Shown piece after piece: positions 28,882 through 37,686 of a stretch of 64,000 nt of DNA. Source of the DNA: a virus. The DNA is taken from the IMG/VR virus record IMGVR_UViG_3300045988_144274, positions 1 through 64,000 of that record, one strand, 5' to 3'. The notes beneath the pieces are model-generated. The model did no database searches, was not told where the DNA came from, and worked only from the letters and a program-made list of their open reading frames with translations. Position 1 is the stretch's first letter; each line of letters opens with the position of its first letter. A program made the translations under genes and the position numbers.

Positions 28882-29865
28882 ATGGAATCAAAAACAGTTG
28901 TTTATACTCCTGATGCAGGGAGTGGAAGCGGAAGTGGAATGATGGCTATGCTTGCTCCACTTTTGCAGCAGAAAGGTATTGATCCTAACTTGTTAATGGC
29001 TTTGAATAGCAAAGGAAATGGAAACGGGTTTGGTGGAGATGGCTCATGGTTCTTATGGATTATCTTCTTGTTCTTCCTTTTCCCTCTTTTCGGTCGTAAT
29101 GGTTGGGGTAATAATGGTGGTAACGATGGTGGAAATGGTGGCGGATATGGTGTCGCTGGTATTCCAAATTTGATTAACAATGATGCAGGAAGGGAATTAC
29201 TAATGAGTGCTATTCAAGGAAATGGTCAGGCTATTAACACTTTAGCTACCAATTTGAATTGTTCGGTTGGACAAATTCAACAGTCTATTAATGGCGTTAT
29301 GACACAAATTCAAGGTGTTGGTAATCAAGTGGGTATGTCAAGCCAACAAATTATCAATAGCATTCAATCTGGAAATTGTCAGATTGCACAGGCTATTGCA
29401 GATTGTTGCTGCAAGACACAGAATGCTATTACTACGCAAGGTTATGAAAATCAGTTGTCTATTTGCAATCAGACCAATACATTGGTTAACACTGCAAATC
29501 AGAACACTTTGGCTTTACGTGATGGAGCAACTGCCAATACGCAAGCTATCTTGTCTAAATTGGATGCTATGCAGAATCAGAACTTGCTTGATAAAATTGA
29601 CAAGCTTCGTGAAGATAAGAGTACTTTGCTTGCTCAAATTTCTAACGATGCACAGACAAGAAATATTCAAGCTTTCCAAGCTCAAACTATTGCGCCTGTA
29701 AATGCTGCTCTTAGTGATTTAAGTGCTCGATTGGCTAAAATTGAATGTAAACAACCTGAAACAGTAACAATTCCATACATTCCAGCAATGGGAAGTATGA
29801 TTCCTGTAAACTATAGTGTGCCTGTAAGTATGGGGGTTACTCCTTACACTAACTGCGGTTGTTAA
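28882..29865 (+). CDS. Gly-rich, TM-containing, Q/N-rich coiled-coil, Cys-rich protein of unknown function
   Basis: Start chosen at MESKTVVY. GSGSGSG and GNGNG tracts, TM segment WFLWIIFLFFLFPLF, long Q/N heptad region, CCC and C-terminal NCGC. Confidence 0.55.
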   Translation: MESKTVVYTPDAGSGSGSGMMAMLAPLLQQKGIDPNLLMALNSKGNGNGFGGDGSWFLWIIFLFFLFPLFGRNGWGNNGGNDGGNGGGYGVAGIPNLINNDAGRELLMSAIQGNGQAINTLATNLNCSVGQIQQSINGVMTQIQGVGNQVGMSSQQIINSIQSGNCQIAQAIADCCCKTQNAITTQGYENQLSICNQTNTLVNTANQNTLALRDGATANTQAILSKLDAMQNQNLLDKIDKLREDKSTLLAQISNDAQTRNIQAFQAQTIAPVNAALSDLSARLAKIECKQPETVTIPYIPAMGSMIPVNYSVPVSMGVTPYTNCGC

Positions 29866-29879
29866 GAAAGGAGGTATCT

Positions 29880-30368
29880 ATGTATGGTAATCCTTTAAAT
29901 CCGTTCAATCCATATTGGTGGGTAGGTGGTCCCGGTCCAGCTATTCCGACAAGACAACGTTCTTGTTTGAAACAACTCTGTATATTTGAGTTGCCGACAA
30001 CAAACGTAGCCTTATCAGAGACGAGTGTAGACTATGGGATTGATAAATGTCTGTATAATCAGCTTCCTTGTGAATGTTATGTGACTGTGCAAGTTAATCA
30101 AGCAGTTCCAACAGGTGGTGAAGCACTGCCTGTAACGATTGCTATTCCAACGTCCAATAATAGTACAAATGTAGGGAGTTCTTCTTCTAATAATGGTGAA
30201 AGTAAAGTAAATGTTATAGACCATAACAGTTCAAATGTTATTGGTTCTGATATAACAAACTCAAAAGAAGTATTTGCTTTTATCAATAAAAGAGAAGGGA
30301 TTATACGTTTTGTCAATTTTCAGACAGGCGGAACAACCCCTGCACCTACATCAGTAGCAAGTAAGTGA
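29880..30368 (+). CDS. Hypothetical protein (Pro/Trp-rich N-terminus, Cys-containing)
   Basis: ATG at 29880 preceded by AAAGGAGG. Follows the previous stop by 14 nt. Confidence 0.5.
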   Translation: MYGNPLNPFNPYWWVGGPGPAIPTRQRSCLKQLCIFELPTTNVALSETSVDYGIDKCLYNQLPCECYVTVQVNQAVPTGGEALPVTIAIPTSNNSTNVGSSSSNNGESKVNVIDHNSSNVIGSDITNSKEVFAFINKREGIIRFVNFQTGGTTPAPTSVASK

Positions 30369-30372
30369 ATCT

Positions 30373-30398
30373 ATAGACGGGAGTAAAATCCCGTCTAT
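30373..30398 (+). terminator. Stem-loop after 29880..30368 (weak terminator candidate)
   Basis: 10-bp stem atagacggga / tcccgtctat, with no clear T-run. Confidence 0.35.
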
Positions 30399-30423
30399 GT
30401 AAAACAAATTAAAAGTTTATTAT

Positions 30424-30954
30424 ATGTTTTCATCAAGTAGACAAGGTGGTTTTATATATGTTCTTTCTAAAGGAGAAAGACCAACAGTTAAGATAGGGCA
30501 GATTGAATCTGTAAGTTCACCTGTCCCTAAATATCCTACTTATAATCCGTCAATACCTTATAGTCCTCAACCAGAAATGCTTATTGACATTAAGGTAAGA
30601 TGTGGCGAGGAAGTTTTAGACTTTCAAAAATTACCAGCAAATGGTGAAATGTTCGCTTATCCAAATGTGATTGTTTCCGAAAAGAAGGAGGCTATCATTT
30701 CGGAAGTTGAAGCAATGATACAAACTAGTAAGCAAATTGTAGAAAGCGTTCCATATCATAAGTCTGTTATAGAATCTTGTGATAGTATTTTAAAAGAACT
30801 AAATCCTCAATTTGCTAAAGAGAAGCAACAAGAAGATAGGATTAATTCATTGGAACAGGAGGTTAAATCCGTAAAAGATGGATTGGGAGATATAAAATCT
30901 CTTTTGATAGAAATGAATACGTCTAATAAACCCAAAACAACAAATTCTAAATAA
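30424..30954 (+). CDS. Hypothetical protein with C-terminal coiled coil
   Basis: 176-aa ORF in a plus-strand series. Confidence 0.5.
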   Translation: MFSSSRQGGFIYVLSKGERPTVKIGQIESVSSPVPKYPTYNPSIPYSPQPEMLIDIKVRCGEEVLDFQKLPANGEMFAYPNVIVSEKKEAIISEVEAMIQTSKQIVESVPYHKSVIESCDSILKELNPQFAKEKQQEDRINSLEQEVKSVKDGLGDIKSLLIEMNTSNKPKTTNSK

Positions 30955-30961
30955 TAATATT

Positions 30962-31237
30962 ATGGGAATGATTGAAATAATGGAAGGCGAAAGAAAAGGC
31001 GGATTAGGAAAAGCCTTTAAGGACTTCAAAGAGAGTCTTGAATGCCTAAAAGAAGATTTCGAAACCCTTTGGGACGAAATGGAATCAATGGGAGAACGTA
31101 GCGGACAAGGCGGTTCTTATGGTGGTGGTAGTCGTGGTGGTTCTTACGGGAATAGATACGATGAATACGATGATGAAGAAATGATGGGAGAACGCAGAGG
31201 TGTAAGAGGCTCTGGTCGTGGTCGTCGTCGTCGCTAA
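30962..31237 (+). CDS. Small protein with RGG/GY-rich, Arg-terminated low-complexity tail
   Basis: GGSYGGGSRGGSYGNRYDEYDDEE...GRGRRRR. Followed by a hairpin. Confidence 0.5.
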   Translation: MGMIEIMEGERKGGLGKAFKDFKESLECLKEDFETLWDEMESMGERSGQGGSYGGGSRGGSYGNRYDEYDDEEMMGERRGVRGSGRGRRRR

Positions 31238-31245
31238 TACAAACT

Positions 31246-31270
31246 AAGGGGGATATAATAGTCCCCCTTT
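31246..31270 (+). terminator. Stem-loop terminator candidate
   Basis: aaggggga (31246-53) / tccccctt (31262-69). Confidence 0.5.
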
Positions 31271-31283
31271 AATACTAAAAGAT

Positions 31284-31700
31284 ATGAAAAAAGGAGCAAG
31301 CTTTGATTTATATGATAATATCCCGGAAGATATGCGGATTTATCTACAAAATTATGGGTTTAATTTTAGTGAGAAAATGGCAGAATTTGCTATTTCTAAA
31401 ATGAAAGATAAAGATGATAATCCATACATTCCTGTGCCAAAAGAAAAAGTAAAAGAGCTATTAACCAGATATGGTGTCACATTAGAATTAGACAATGGCT
31501 CTAATAGTTGGTATGTATGCAACATGCTTAAAAGTGATAACTGGGGTAGTTCTATTTCCGATGAGCAGCATTTGGCATTAGCAATTAAAGATTATATAGA
31601 TGACAAAGATGCAGGAGTTGGTACAGAAAAGCCTTTCAGATATTTTTTCGCTTTATGTATGGGTAATGGTACAGCATTAAATTGGAGAGAAATGCTTTAA
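31284..31700 (+). CDS. Hypothetical protein
   Basis: 138-aa ORF followed by a clear terminator. Confidence 0.55.
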   Translation: MKKGASFDLYDNIPEDMRIYLQNYGFNFSEKMAEFAISKMKDKDDNPYIPVPKEKVKELLTRYGVTLELDNGSNSWYVCNMLKSDNWGSSISDEQHLALAIKDYIDDKDAGVGTEKPFRYFFALCMGNGTALNWREML

Positions 31701-31704
31701 TTTT

Positions 31705-31729
31705 AGGCACTTAAAATGTGCCTTTTTTT
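31705..31729 (+). terminator. Intrinsic terminator
   Basis: aggcac / gtgcct stem followed by T7. Confidence 0.65.
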
Positions 31730-31735
31730 AATGTT

Positions 31736-32149
31736 ATGGAAATAAAAACAATATATTTATCTAAATACGATTGGACTGTCACTATCTTTTATGATTATAC
31801 TTGCAAATATTTTGAAGATGTAATAGAAGAATTAGAATATATCGAATGTGGAGAAGAGTCTCTTAAAAGAGCTTATAAAAATCTAACTACATGTGGATAT
31901 AATAACGGACTTACATTTTCTAATCACTTAGCGCATAAAAGTGTAATTGTTATAGGTAGAACGAGCAGTGCAAAAGAGTTTGAAAAAACTTGGTCTCATG
32001 AATCAGGACACTTAGCAGACCATATATGCCTTACTTATGATATAAGTCCTCATGGTGAGGAAATACAATATTTAGGTGATTACATCATAGATAAGACATG
32101 GGATTCGGCAAAGAAATATTTATGTGATTGTTGTAGAATAAAGAAATGA
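31736..32149 (+). CDS. Small HExxH-motif protein (putative zinc metallopeptidase)
   Basis: WSHESGHLADH motif. Start chosen at MEIKTIY, downstream of the terminator. Confidence 0.45.
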   Translation: MEIKTIYLSKYDWTVTIFYDYTCKYFEDVIEELEYIECGEESLKRAYKNLTTCGYNNGLTFSNHLAHKSVIVIGRTSSAKEFEKTWSHESGHLADHICLTYDISPHGEEIQYLGDYIIDKTWDSAKKYLCDCCRIKK

Positions 32150-32153
32150 TAAT

Positions 32154-32315
32154 ATGAAAAACAAAGATTTCAAGAAAGCATTACAGAGTGATAAACCTAT
32201 CAACTCTATGTTTGCACTTATTCCCGAAAAGCAAAAGAAGTCTTTTATGAAATTTGCTAAGCAATTTGGATTTACAGAAGAGAAAATAGAGCAACTTTTG
32301 AAGTCTGAAAAATGA
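32154..32315 (+). CDS. Small hypothetical protein (53 aa, below the ORF-track cutoff)
   Basis: ATG at 32154, 5 nt after the previous stop. Frame checked to the TGA at 32313-15. The antisense ORF 32120..32368 is less plausible. Confidence 0.4.
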   Translation: MKNKDFKKALQSDKPINSMFALIPEKQKKSFMKFAKQFGFTEEKIEQLLKSEK

Positions 32316-32321
32316 TAGCCT

Positions 32322-32507
32322 ATGAAAACAAAAAGAGTAAAATATGATGCTGTCAAATTGGCAATCATACGTAAGAATTACATGATTAATGAGGCAATCA
32401 ATGATTTAGTGAGAGATTTACCTCATTGTGATTTTGAGAAATTAAGATTTCAACTTACAAATGAAATTATGGAGTTGCAATCACTAAAAAGCGAAGGGGC
32501 TAAATAG
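32322..32507 (+). CDS. Small hypothetical protein
   Basis: 61 aa. Last gene before the convergent terminator. Confidence 0.45.
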   Translation: MKTKRVKYDAVKLAIIRKNYMINEAINDLVRDLPHCDFEKLRFQLTNEIMELQSLKSEGAK

Positions 32508-32512
32508 CCCCT
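32495..32512. terminator. Hairpin at the convergence of the plus and minus modules
   Basis: aggggct / agcccct stem with an AAAT loop. Confidence 0.55.
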
Positions 32513-32516
32513 CTTC

Positions 32517-32984
32517 TTACTCTATCGTAATTACAATTTTCTCACCTCTTTTATGTGCTGCATCCATTTTTTTATAAAGATTGGTGAATGTTTCAGTACT
32601 ATTAATGACTTGTCCTTTAATCTTATTTTGTCCAACAAGAATGCAACCTAGCGTATCTTCCGGCTTGTTTCCAACATGAATTAATACTCCTTCAAATCCT
32701 CTAACATCACATAATCTAGGAAGTTTACCATCACAGAATTTAGCCCATATCCTATCTTTGAATTTAGGACTAACAATATTCATGTCAATTGCATAAGTTC
32801 CCGTAGGAATAGCGGTTTTCCCATACACCTTTTTTGTTTGAATAACAGACAAAGGCATCTCATTGCTTAGTCCTCTATCTGTATCTTCGATAGTGTCACA
32901 TTCATATACATTATTTATAAAAAGAGAACCAATAGTATAATTCGTTCCTTTAAATCTTCTTTTTAATTTTATTTCCATATTCAA
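32517..32984 (-). CDS. DUF5675-like protein (possible cell-wall-acting enzyme; uncertain)
   Basis: The N-terminal pattern KGTNYTIGSLFINNVYECDTIEDTDRGL resembles the DUF5675 family as I recall it. Confidence 0.35.
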   Translation of the reverse strand: MNMEIKLKRRFKGTNYTIGSLFINNVYECDTIEDTDRGLSNEMPLSVIQTKKVYGKTAIPTGTYAIDMNIVSPKFKDRIWAKFCDGKLPRLCDVRGFEGVLIHVGNKPEDTLGCILVGQNKIKGQVINSTETFTNLYKKMDAAHKRGEKIVITIE

Positions 32985-33205
32985 TCTTTATTTTCATTAC
33001 GTGTATTATATTTCTTCAATGCAAGTTCGCTTATATTATTATCTTTGATATATTGATTACGTCTTTTCAGAGCATCTTCTAATGTTCTAAACATGCCGAC
33101 ATCAATACTTTTAGCACCGTAATATACACGAACCTTATACCTTATCGGGTTTTTAAGACGAGGTATTATTTTGCGGTATATCCATTTATGTCCAGTATTA
33201 CTCAT
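32981..33205 (-). CDS. AP2-like DNA-binding domain protein
   Basis: SNTGHKWIYR...YKVRVYYGAKSIDVGMFRTLEDALKRRN resembles phage AP2 domains. Confidence 0.45.
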   Translation of the reverse strand: MSNTGHKWIYRKIIPRLKNPIRYKVRVYYGAKSIDVGMFRTLEDALKRRNQYIKDNNISELALKKYNTRNENKD

Positions 33206-33663
33206 TTCTTAAACAACAAAATTAATTCTTCAACACTAGCCTTATGATAATAATCTTTATCATTATCTTTGGGTGGATACAAAAATTCGATTTCTGATAA
33301 TCCTCCTTCTAATTCGTTATCATGATATATACCCCAATCTCCTTTACTGTTAGTAAAGACTTGTCTGTCATCGGTATCATCTCGGAGTGCAGCAATAAAA
33401 TAGAATAAGTTTTCATTTTCACCGCAATCAATATCGTTTTCTTCCCTTTCTGATAAAAAACGTTTCAATTCGTCCTCTAATGAAAGATTATAACACTCAT
33501 CAGGATAACCAACGCCATGAATAGATTGGGTAGGAATACATATATGAATCCATACAGCTCTATCAAAATAACAGCAAGGACAAATATGATAACCAAGTTC
33601 CTTTAGTTTATCTAATATTTTCTTGTTGTTTGCTCTTAAAAAAGCTTTTTGAATAAATCCCAT
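33202..33663 (-). CDS. Hypothetical protein, paralogous to the C-terminal half of 49062..49703
   Basis: Shared ENLF..I.ALRDDT...Q.F and HKA(S/T)VEELI..FK motifs. Confidence 0.55.
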   Translation of the reverse strand: MGFIQKAFLRANNKKILDKLKELGYHICPCCYFDRAVWIHICIPTQSIHGVGYPDECYNLSLEDELKRFLSEREENDIDCGENENLFYFIAALRDDTDDRQVFTNSKGDWGIYHDNELEGGLSEIEFLYPPKDNDKDYYHKASVEELILLFKK

Positions 33664-33668
33664 GACAT

Positions 33669-34187
33669 TTATTTTAAGCCAGTACTTCCATATCCATTCT
33701 CATTTCTATCTGTTTTTGACAATTCTTCTACTTCTTCCCATTCAATAGGCAAAGTAAAACCAAATTTACATTGAACAACTCTATCTCCGATTTTATATTT
33801 AGGCATGTTAGGCATTACATGATAAAATACTGCTGATACTTCTCCGCGAAAAAGTTCATCAACAGTACCAACGCAATTACTTAATACCATCCCAGTTTTC
33901 CAAACACTTGACCGAGGGCGGAAATCAATAGAAAAATTTAACGGAGAGTTCTTCATATTTACAACTGAATGGAATGCTACATTTTGTCTGTCCAATACAT
34001 TAGAATATTCAGTTTCAATGATTTCATAACCACGTTCAATCTGAAATGCTAATCCCAAACCATATTTCCATACATTAGGAGCTATCTCTTCGCATGAAGT
34101 AGCATATAAGTCATAACAAAAATCTTCATCGTAATGTTTTACTGGAATCTTTGCATCTGGATGCATTTTCTTAAATTTTACTTTCAT
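33669..34187 (-). CDS. dut: dUTPase-like protein (trimeric Dut fold) with an internal insertion
   Basis: Motif-like strings CYDLYA (I), RPRSS (II), GTVDELFRGEV (III), DRVVQ (IV), GYGSTG (V), with a ~45-aa insert between I and II. Confidence 0.65.
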   Translation of the reverse strand: MKVKFKKMHPDAKIPVKHYDEDFCYDLYATSCEEIAPNVWKYGLGLAFQIERGYEIIETEYSNVLDRQNVAFHSVVNMKNSPLNFSIDFRPRSSVWKTGMVLSNCVGTVDELFRGEVSAVFYHVMPNMPKYKIGDRVVQCKFGFTLPIEWEEVEELSKTDRNENGYGSTGLK

Positions 34188-35628
34188 CTTCTTTATCGTT
34201 TAATTGTTGAGCTTTAATAATACATTCACCAATAATGTTTGGGTTTTGATATGCGTCTACTAGATTCTTATATGCTTCTACACATTCAGAGCTATCATTG
34301 TAGTTTATATCTTCTGCTTTTCTAAACACCCAGTTTACAAGATTGTTTATAATGTCCAATAATTCTTTCTGCTTATAATGTCTTAGAGCAATCGAATCTT
34401 CCGCAAATTTAATACATTCTTTTATTCTGTTTGATATTTCGGTGATAGAAAGTTTAGTCATTGAGCGAGCAACTTCTACCAATGATGCAAAATAGGGATT
34501 TTCGACACCTTTAATTGTAGATAGATAATCCTCTAAAGCTTGACGATATTTGAATAAAAGAGGCTGTATGTAAACGTCTAAATTATCGTTGAAGTCTGCA
34601 TAAACTGTTCCACTGGAAATAGTCAGGTTATTAACTTCCTTTTGATACCAATTTACCCTTTTCTTTGCGGCATAAAATAGTTTCTTGGTTTCTTTATCTT
34701 TATTTTTTATTGAGGGTTCAATATCCAAAACGCAACAGTTGCACATTTCATTTAGAGCCATTACCTGATAAACACTTACCAGCAATATCTGGTTAGATTT
34801 CATTGGTACTTCCTCTGGCTCTTCAAACTCTTTGGGATGCGCTTCTTCATACGACTTGCCAAATAGATAAAAATCAAGAGATGTTGGGTCATTAGGGCAA
34901 ATAGTTTTAGCCCAATTGGTCGCTTCTATGACTGTTTTCATGTCATTACTCTTTCTCTTGATTGCTCCGATTTCTCTTAGGGTATTAAGAGAATGAACAT
35001 CAAGCGGAAGAAGAAGTTTTGATTGGTCTAATGACTTCCATATTCCTACATCTATTGGACTATTTTTGCGACCTAACCATCTTAGCATTAAATTAAGTCG
35101 TTTACAACACGATTTGGTATTTTGGGGTATTCCATTGCATCCAATAAAAATAGCCGTTAAAACCTCAATATGTGAGGTAAATCCATTATTATTCATTGCA
35201 TCAATTATGCAATCTTCAAGTGAATCAAATTTTTCATATATCTGTCTTAAAAAATAACAAATATTTGAAAAATCGAACTTTTTGAGCATCCTATACCAAC
35301 AACCATCATCTCCAATGTGTACTGGATATTTTTTAGACATAATCCATTGGTATGGTGAATCTCCCATAATAGCCAATGTCTTTTCGCAAGCTTTATAGAT
35401 TTGTTGACGGTTGCCGAAAGCTAGGATAGAACAGATTACTGCTGCGACTTCAATGTCTCGCTTGTCTTTATACTTCCAAAGGAAAGAAACAGGGTCTTTC
35501 TCGAAGTATTTTCGATCTTCATATTTCTTTGATAGTTCTATTATTTCTTGATTATTCATACGGATCTTAATATAACAATTAAACTTATGATGATAGATAT
35601 TAGACTTATTATGTTTGGGATAAGCCAT
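34171..35628 (-). CDS. TIGR02757/DUF2400-like domain fused to a ~210-aa helical C-terminal domain
   Basis: The N-terminal half (EKDPVSFLWKYKDKRDIEVAAVICSILAFGNRQ...) resembles the TIGR02757 family (from memory). The start may instead be the internal MNNQEII. Confidence 0.5.
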   Translation of the reverse strand: MAYPKHNKSNIYHHKFNCYIKIRMNNQEIIELSKKYEDRKYFEKDPVSFLWKYKDKRDIEVAAVICSILAFGNRQQIYKACEKTLAIMGDSPYQWIMSKKYPVHIGDDGCWYRMLKKFDFSNICYFLRQIYEKFDSLEDCIIDAMNNNGFTSHIEVLTAIFIGCNGIPQNTKSCCKRLNLMLRWLGRKNSPIDVGIWKSLDQSKLLLPLDVHSLNTLREIGAIKRKSNDMKTVIEATNWAKTICPNDPTSLDFYLFGKSYEEAHPKEFEEPEEVPMKSNQILLVSVYQVMALNEMCNCCVLDIEPSIKNKDKETKKLFYAAKKRVNWYQKEVNNLTISSGTVYADFNDNLDVYIQPLLFKYRQALEDYLSTIKGVENPYFASLVEVARSMTKLSITEISNRIKECIKFAEDSIALRHYKQKELLDIINNLVNWVFRKAEDINYNDSSECVEAYKNLVDAYQNPNIIGECIIKAQQLNDKEDESKI

Positions 35629-35634
35629 CGTAAA

Positions 35635-35931
35635 TCATCTTTTTTCATATCCCTTATTTTCTAAAATAATAATATGGCTATGTTCTTTCCCTGCCGACCA
35701 ACTTTCTCCTTTGATAACAGTGTAATCTTTAAGAGAATTTTCTGCGCATTTAACAAAGTCATCGACTCCATCAAAGATTAATGGTTCTTTATTCTCTAAT
35801 TTTTTCTTTGGTCTATTTAAGAACTTATAAGTTTTATCTCCAAGATAAGTTAAGACACGACCGATAAACAGTCCTATAATGAATGCTAAAAAGTTTCCTA
35901 TTGTCATAATCCAACGTAAAATGTGTAACAA
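35635..35931 (-). CDS. Small membrane protein
   Basis: N-terminal TM segment (IMTIGNFLAFIIGLFIG). Confidence 0.5.
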   Translation of the reverse strand: MLHILRWIMTIGNFLAFIIGLFIGRVLTYLGDKTYKFLNRPKKKLENKEPLIFDGVDDFVKCAENSLKDYTVIKGESWSAGKEHSHIIILENKGYEKR

Positions 35932-36347
35932 TTTCTAAATTCTTTTTTTACTAATTCTATTGTATCTTCATTGTACCAATTAGGTACATTGTTTACAATA
36001 GCAAACATCTTTTCCCCTCCCATGTAATATTTATTTAAGAACTCTCCTGTTGTACATCTATATATATCGCAATTAGGAGCTTTAAACATTTCTTTCCCAT
36101 CTATTTCTATAGGAGATATAGCTATATATCTTTTATGTTTGGTGAAAAAATAACATTGAGGGTTATAGGCTGCACCAAAATCGAATACAATATGGTTCTT
36201 TGGTATTATCTTTGATAGATAATAATATGGTTCTAAAAAACCAATAAAACTATTATCTATACCACAACATTCTTGTCTGAATACTCTATCTTTTTCTTCT
36301 TTGGGAATTAAGGATAAAGTATAGTTTATTAATTCTTGTTCCGTCAT
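35904..36347 (-). CDS. Hypothetical protein (weak Rossmann/methyltransferase-like IVFDFGAAYNP string)
   Basis: 147-aa ORF in the operon. The motif resemblance is weak. Confidence 0.45.
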   Translation of the reverse strand: MTEQELINYTLSLIPKEEKDRVFRQECCGIDNSFIGFLEPYYYLSKIIPKNHIVFDFGAAYNPQCYFFTKHKRYIAISPIEIDGKEMFKAPNCDIYRCTTGEFLNKYYMGGEKMFAIVNNVPNWYNEDTIELVKKEFRNCYTFYVGL

Positions 36348-36499
36348 TTCTTCTCCTTCCTTTTTTTACATTCTTCTTCATATAAGCGTTCCCATTTTTC
36401 AGCTTCTTTCTTATATGATTGCAAACTCATAACAGTTGGTATTAGAAGAGTTAATAAAAAACCTATAATAAATAAGCAAATGCTTAATGTTGTTTCCAT
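36344..36499 (-). CDS. Small TM protein (51 aa, below the track cutoff)
   Basis: METTLSICLFIIGFLLTLLIPTV... The frame was checked. ATGA overlap with the next gene. Confidence 0.4.
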   Translation of the reverse strand: METTLSICLFIIGFLLTLLIPTVMSLQSYKKEAEKWERLYEEECKKRKEKK

Positions 36500-36500
36500 A

Positions 36501-36692
36501 TTATAATGATTTTAGAAGTTCCTCTTTTGTAGAAAACAAATGCTTTTCAGATAACCATATTTCATCAAACATATATTGGACATACTTGTGATATACGTCT
36601 ATGTTTATATTTTCAACTTTCTTTAATACACAGATATTGTCATACATAAACCAAACCATATCTCCAATATCATATTTTGTACTTATTGTCAT
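36501..36692 (-). CDS. Hypothetical protein
   Basis: Operon context. Confidence 0.5.
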   Translation of the reverse strand: MTISTKYDIGDMVWFMYDNICVLKKVENINIDVYHKYVQYMFDEIWLSEKHLFSTKEELLKSL

Positions 36693-36696
36693 AAAG

Positions 36697-36939
36697 CTAC
36701 ATTTTTAACTGATTAATAATATCTTTTATTTCTTCCGAATTGATATGACCTCTCCCTTTTGGTTGAAGGAGCATATCTGCAAACAAGTCGGCTACAACGT
36801 TATTGATAAATTCTTGAAGTAAATGCTTGGCTAAATAATCATCATCGGTGATTTTTTCTATGTGTGAGATTATCTTGGCAAGCATTTCATTGTTTTCTTT
36901 CGTTAGCCGAAGAAGCTCATTTATCTGTTCATCACTCAT
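36697..36939 (-). CDS. Hypothetical protein
   Basis: Operon context. Confidence 0.5.
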   Translation of the reverse strand: MSDEQINELLRLTKENNEMLAKIISHIEKITDDDYLAKHLLQEFINNVVADLFADMLLQPKGRGHINSEEIKDIINQLKM

Positions 36940-37196
36940 GGCATTAATTCAGATAATTGTTCGTTGGTAAATTTGATAATTTCGGTTTCATATAGATCAT
37001 AACCGGAATCATAAACTTTAACATTAATGAAATTTGGGTAAAAAACTATTCGTACAAGACTTGCATATTCGCCAAAAGAAGATTTAGCCTTTACTTCACT
37101 TTTAATATTATTCCAAATATAATCTTCAATGTCTAGTAGTCTTTCCTGTAAAACATGAGCTTCATTTGCCAAAAGCTTTATTTCTTTCTCTTTCAT
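36936..37196 (-). CDS. Hypothetical protein
   Basis: Operon context, 4-nt overlap. Confidence 0.5.
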   Translation of the reverse strand: MKEKEIKLLANEAHVLQERLLDIEDYIWNNIKSEVKAKSSFGEYASLVRIVFYPNFINVKVYDSGYDLYETEIIKFTNEQLSELMP

Positions 37197-37201
37197 AATC
37201 C

Positions 37202-37684
37202 TTAATTTATTCGTACATATTTCCCTGCAATATTACAAGTTCTTAATATTTCGGCATTATCTTCACCGAAAGCTATTAGGATACTGCCGCAACCGGGCGA
37301 ATCTCCACGAGTTCCATCCGGTCGGTAGAAACGTATTCGGTTACGTAGAAATTTCATAGCCGTCGCTTTCTCAAATATAATGTCCTGAAACATCTTTGAA
37401 TCACAACGATTAAAGAGTAATGCAATTCCGTTTCCATGCTCCGCCATCCGTTTTATAAACTGTTCAATAAGCGGACGGGAATAAGGAGGATTTAGCCAAA
37501 CACGACCTACCCAATCTTTAGTTAATCCGTCATGGTTCTTGTTGTACATTTGTGTAGCTGTTTGCCAAAGCGGTTTAACCGGAGCGCATGGATCTAAATC
37601 GAACTTTCCCAATGCGTCTATAATTTCTTTTGGCGTGTACCATTCATCAGTGGTATTAGCCGATTTTTCAAAGGTTGTATTCAT
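37202..37684 (-). CDS. dam: DNA N6-adenine methyltransferase (phage Dam family)
   Basis: DEWYTPKEIIDALGKFDLDPCA and WLNPPYS motifs, typical of the phage N6A methylase family. Confidence 0.85.
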   Translation of the reverse strand: MNTTFEKSANTTDEWYTPKEIIDALGKFDLDPCAPVKPLWQTATQMYNKNHDGLTKDWVGRVWLNPPYSRPLIEQFIKRMAEHGNGIALLFNRCDSKMFQDIIFEKATAMKFLRNRIRFYRPDGTRGDSPGCGSILIAFGEDNAEILRTCNIAGKYVRIN

Positions 37685-37686
37685 TG

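Noticed and set aside
32120-32368. 82-aa minus-strand ORF
   Set aside because: The same DNA encodes two tightly packed plus-strand small ORFs (32154..32315, 32322..32507) that continue the plus-strand series.
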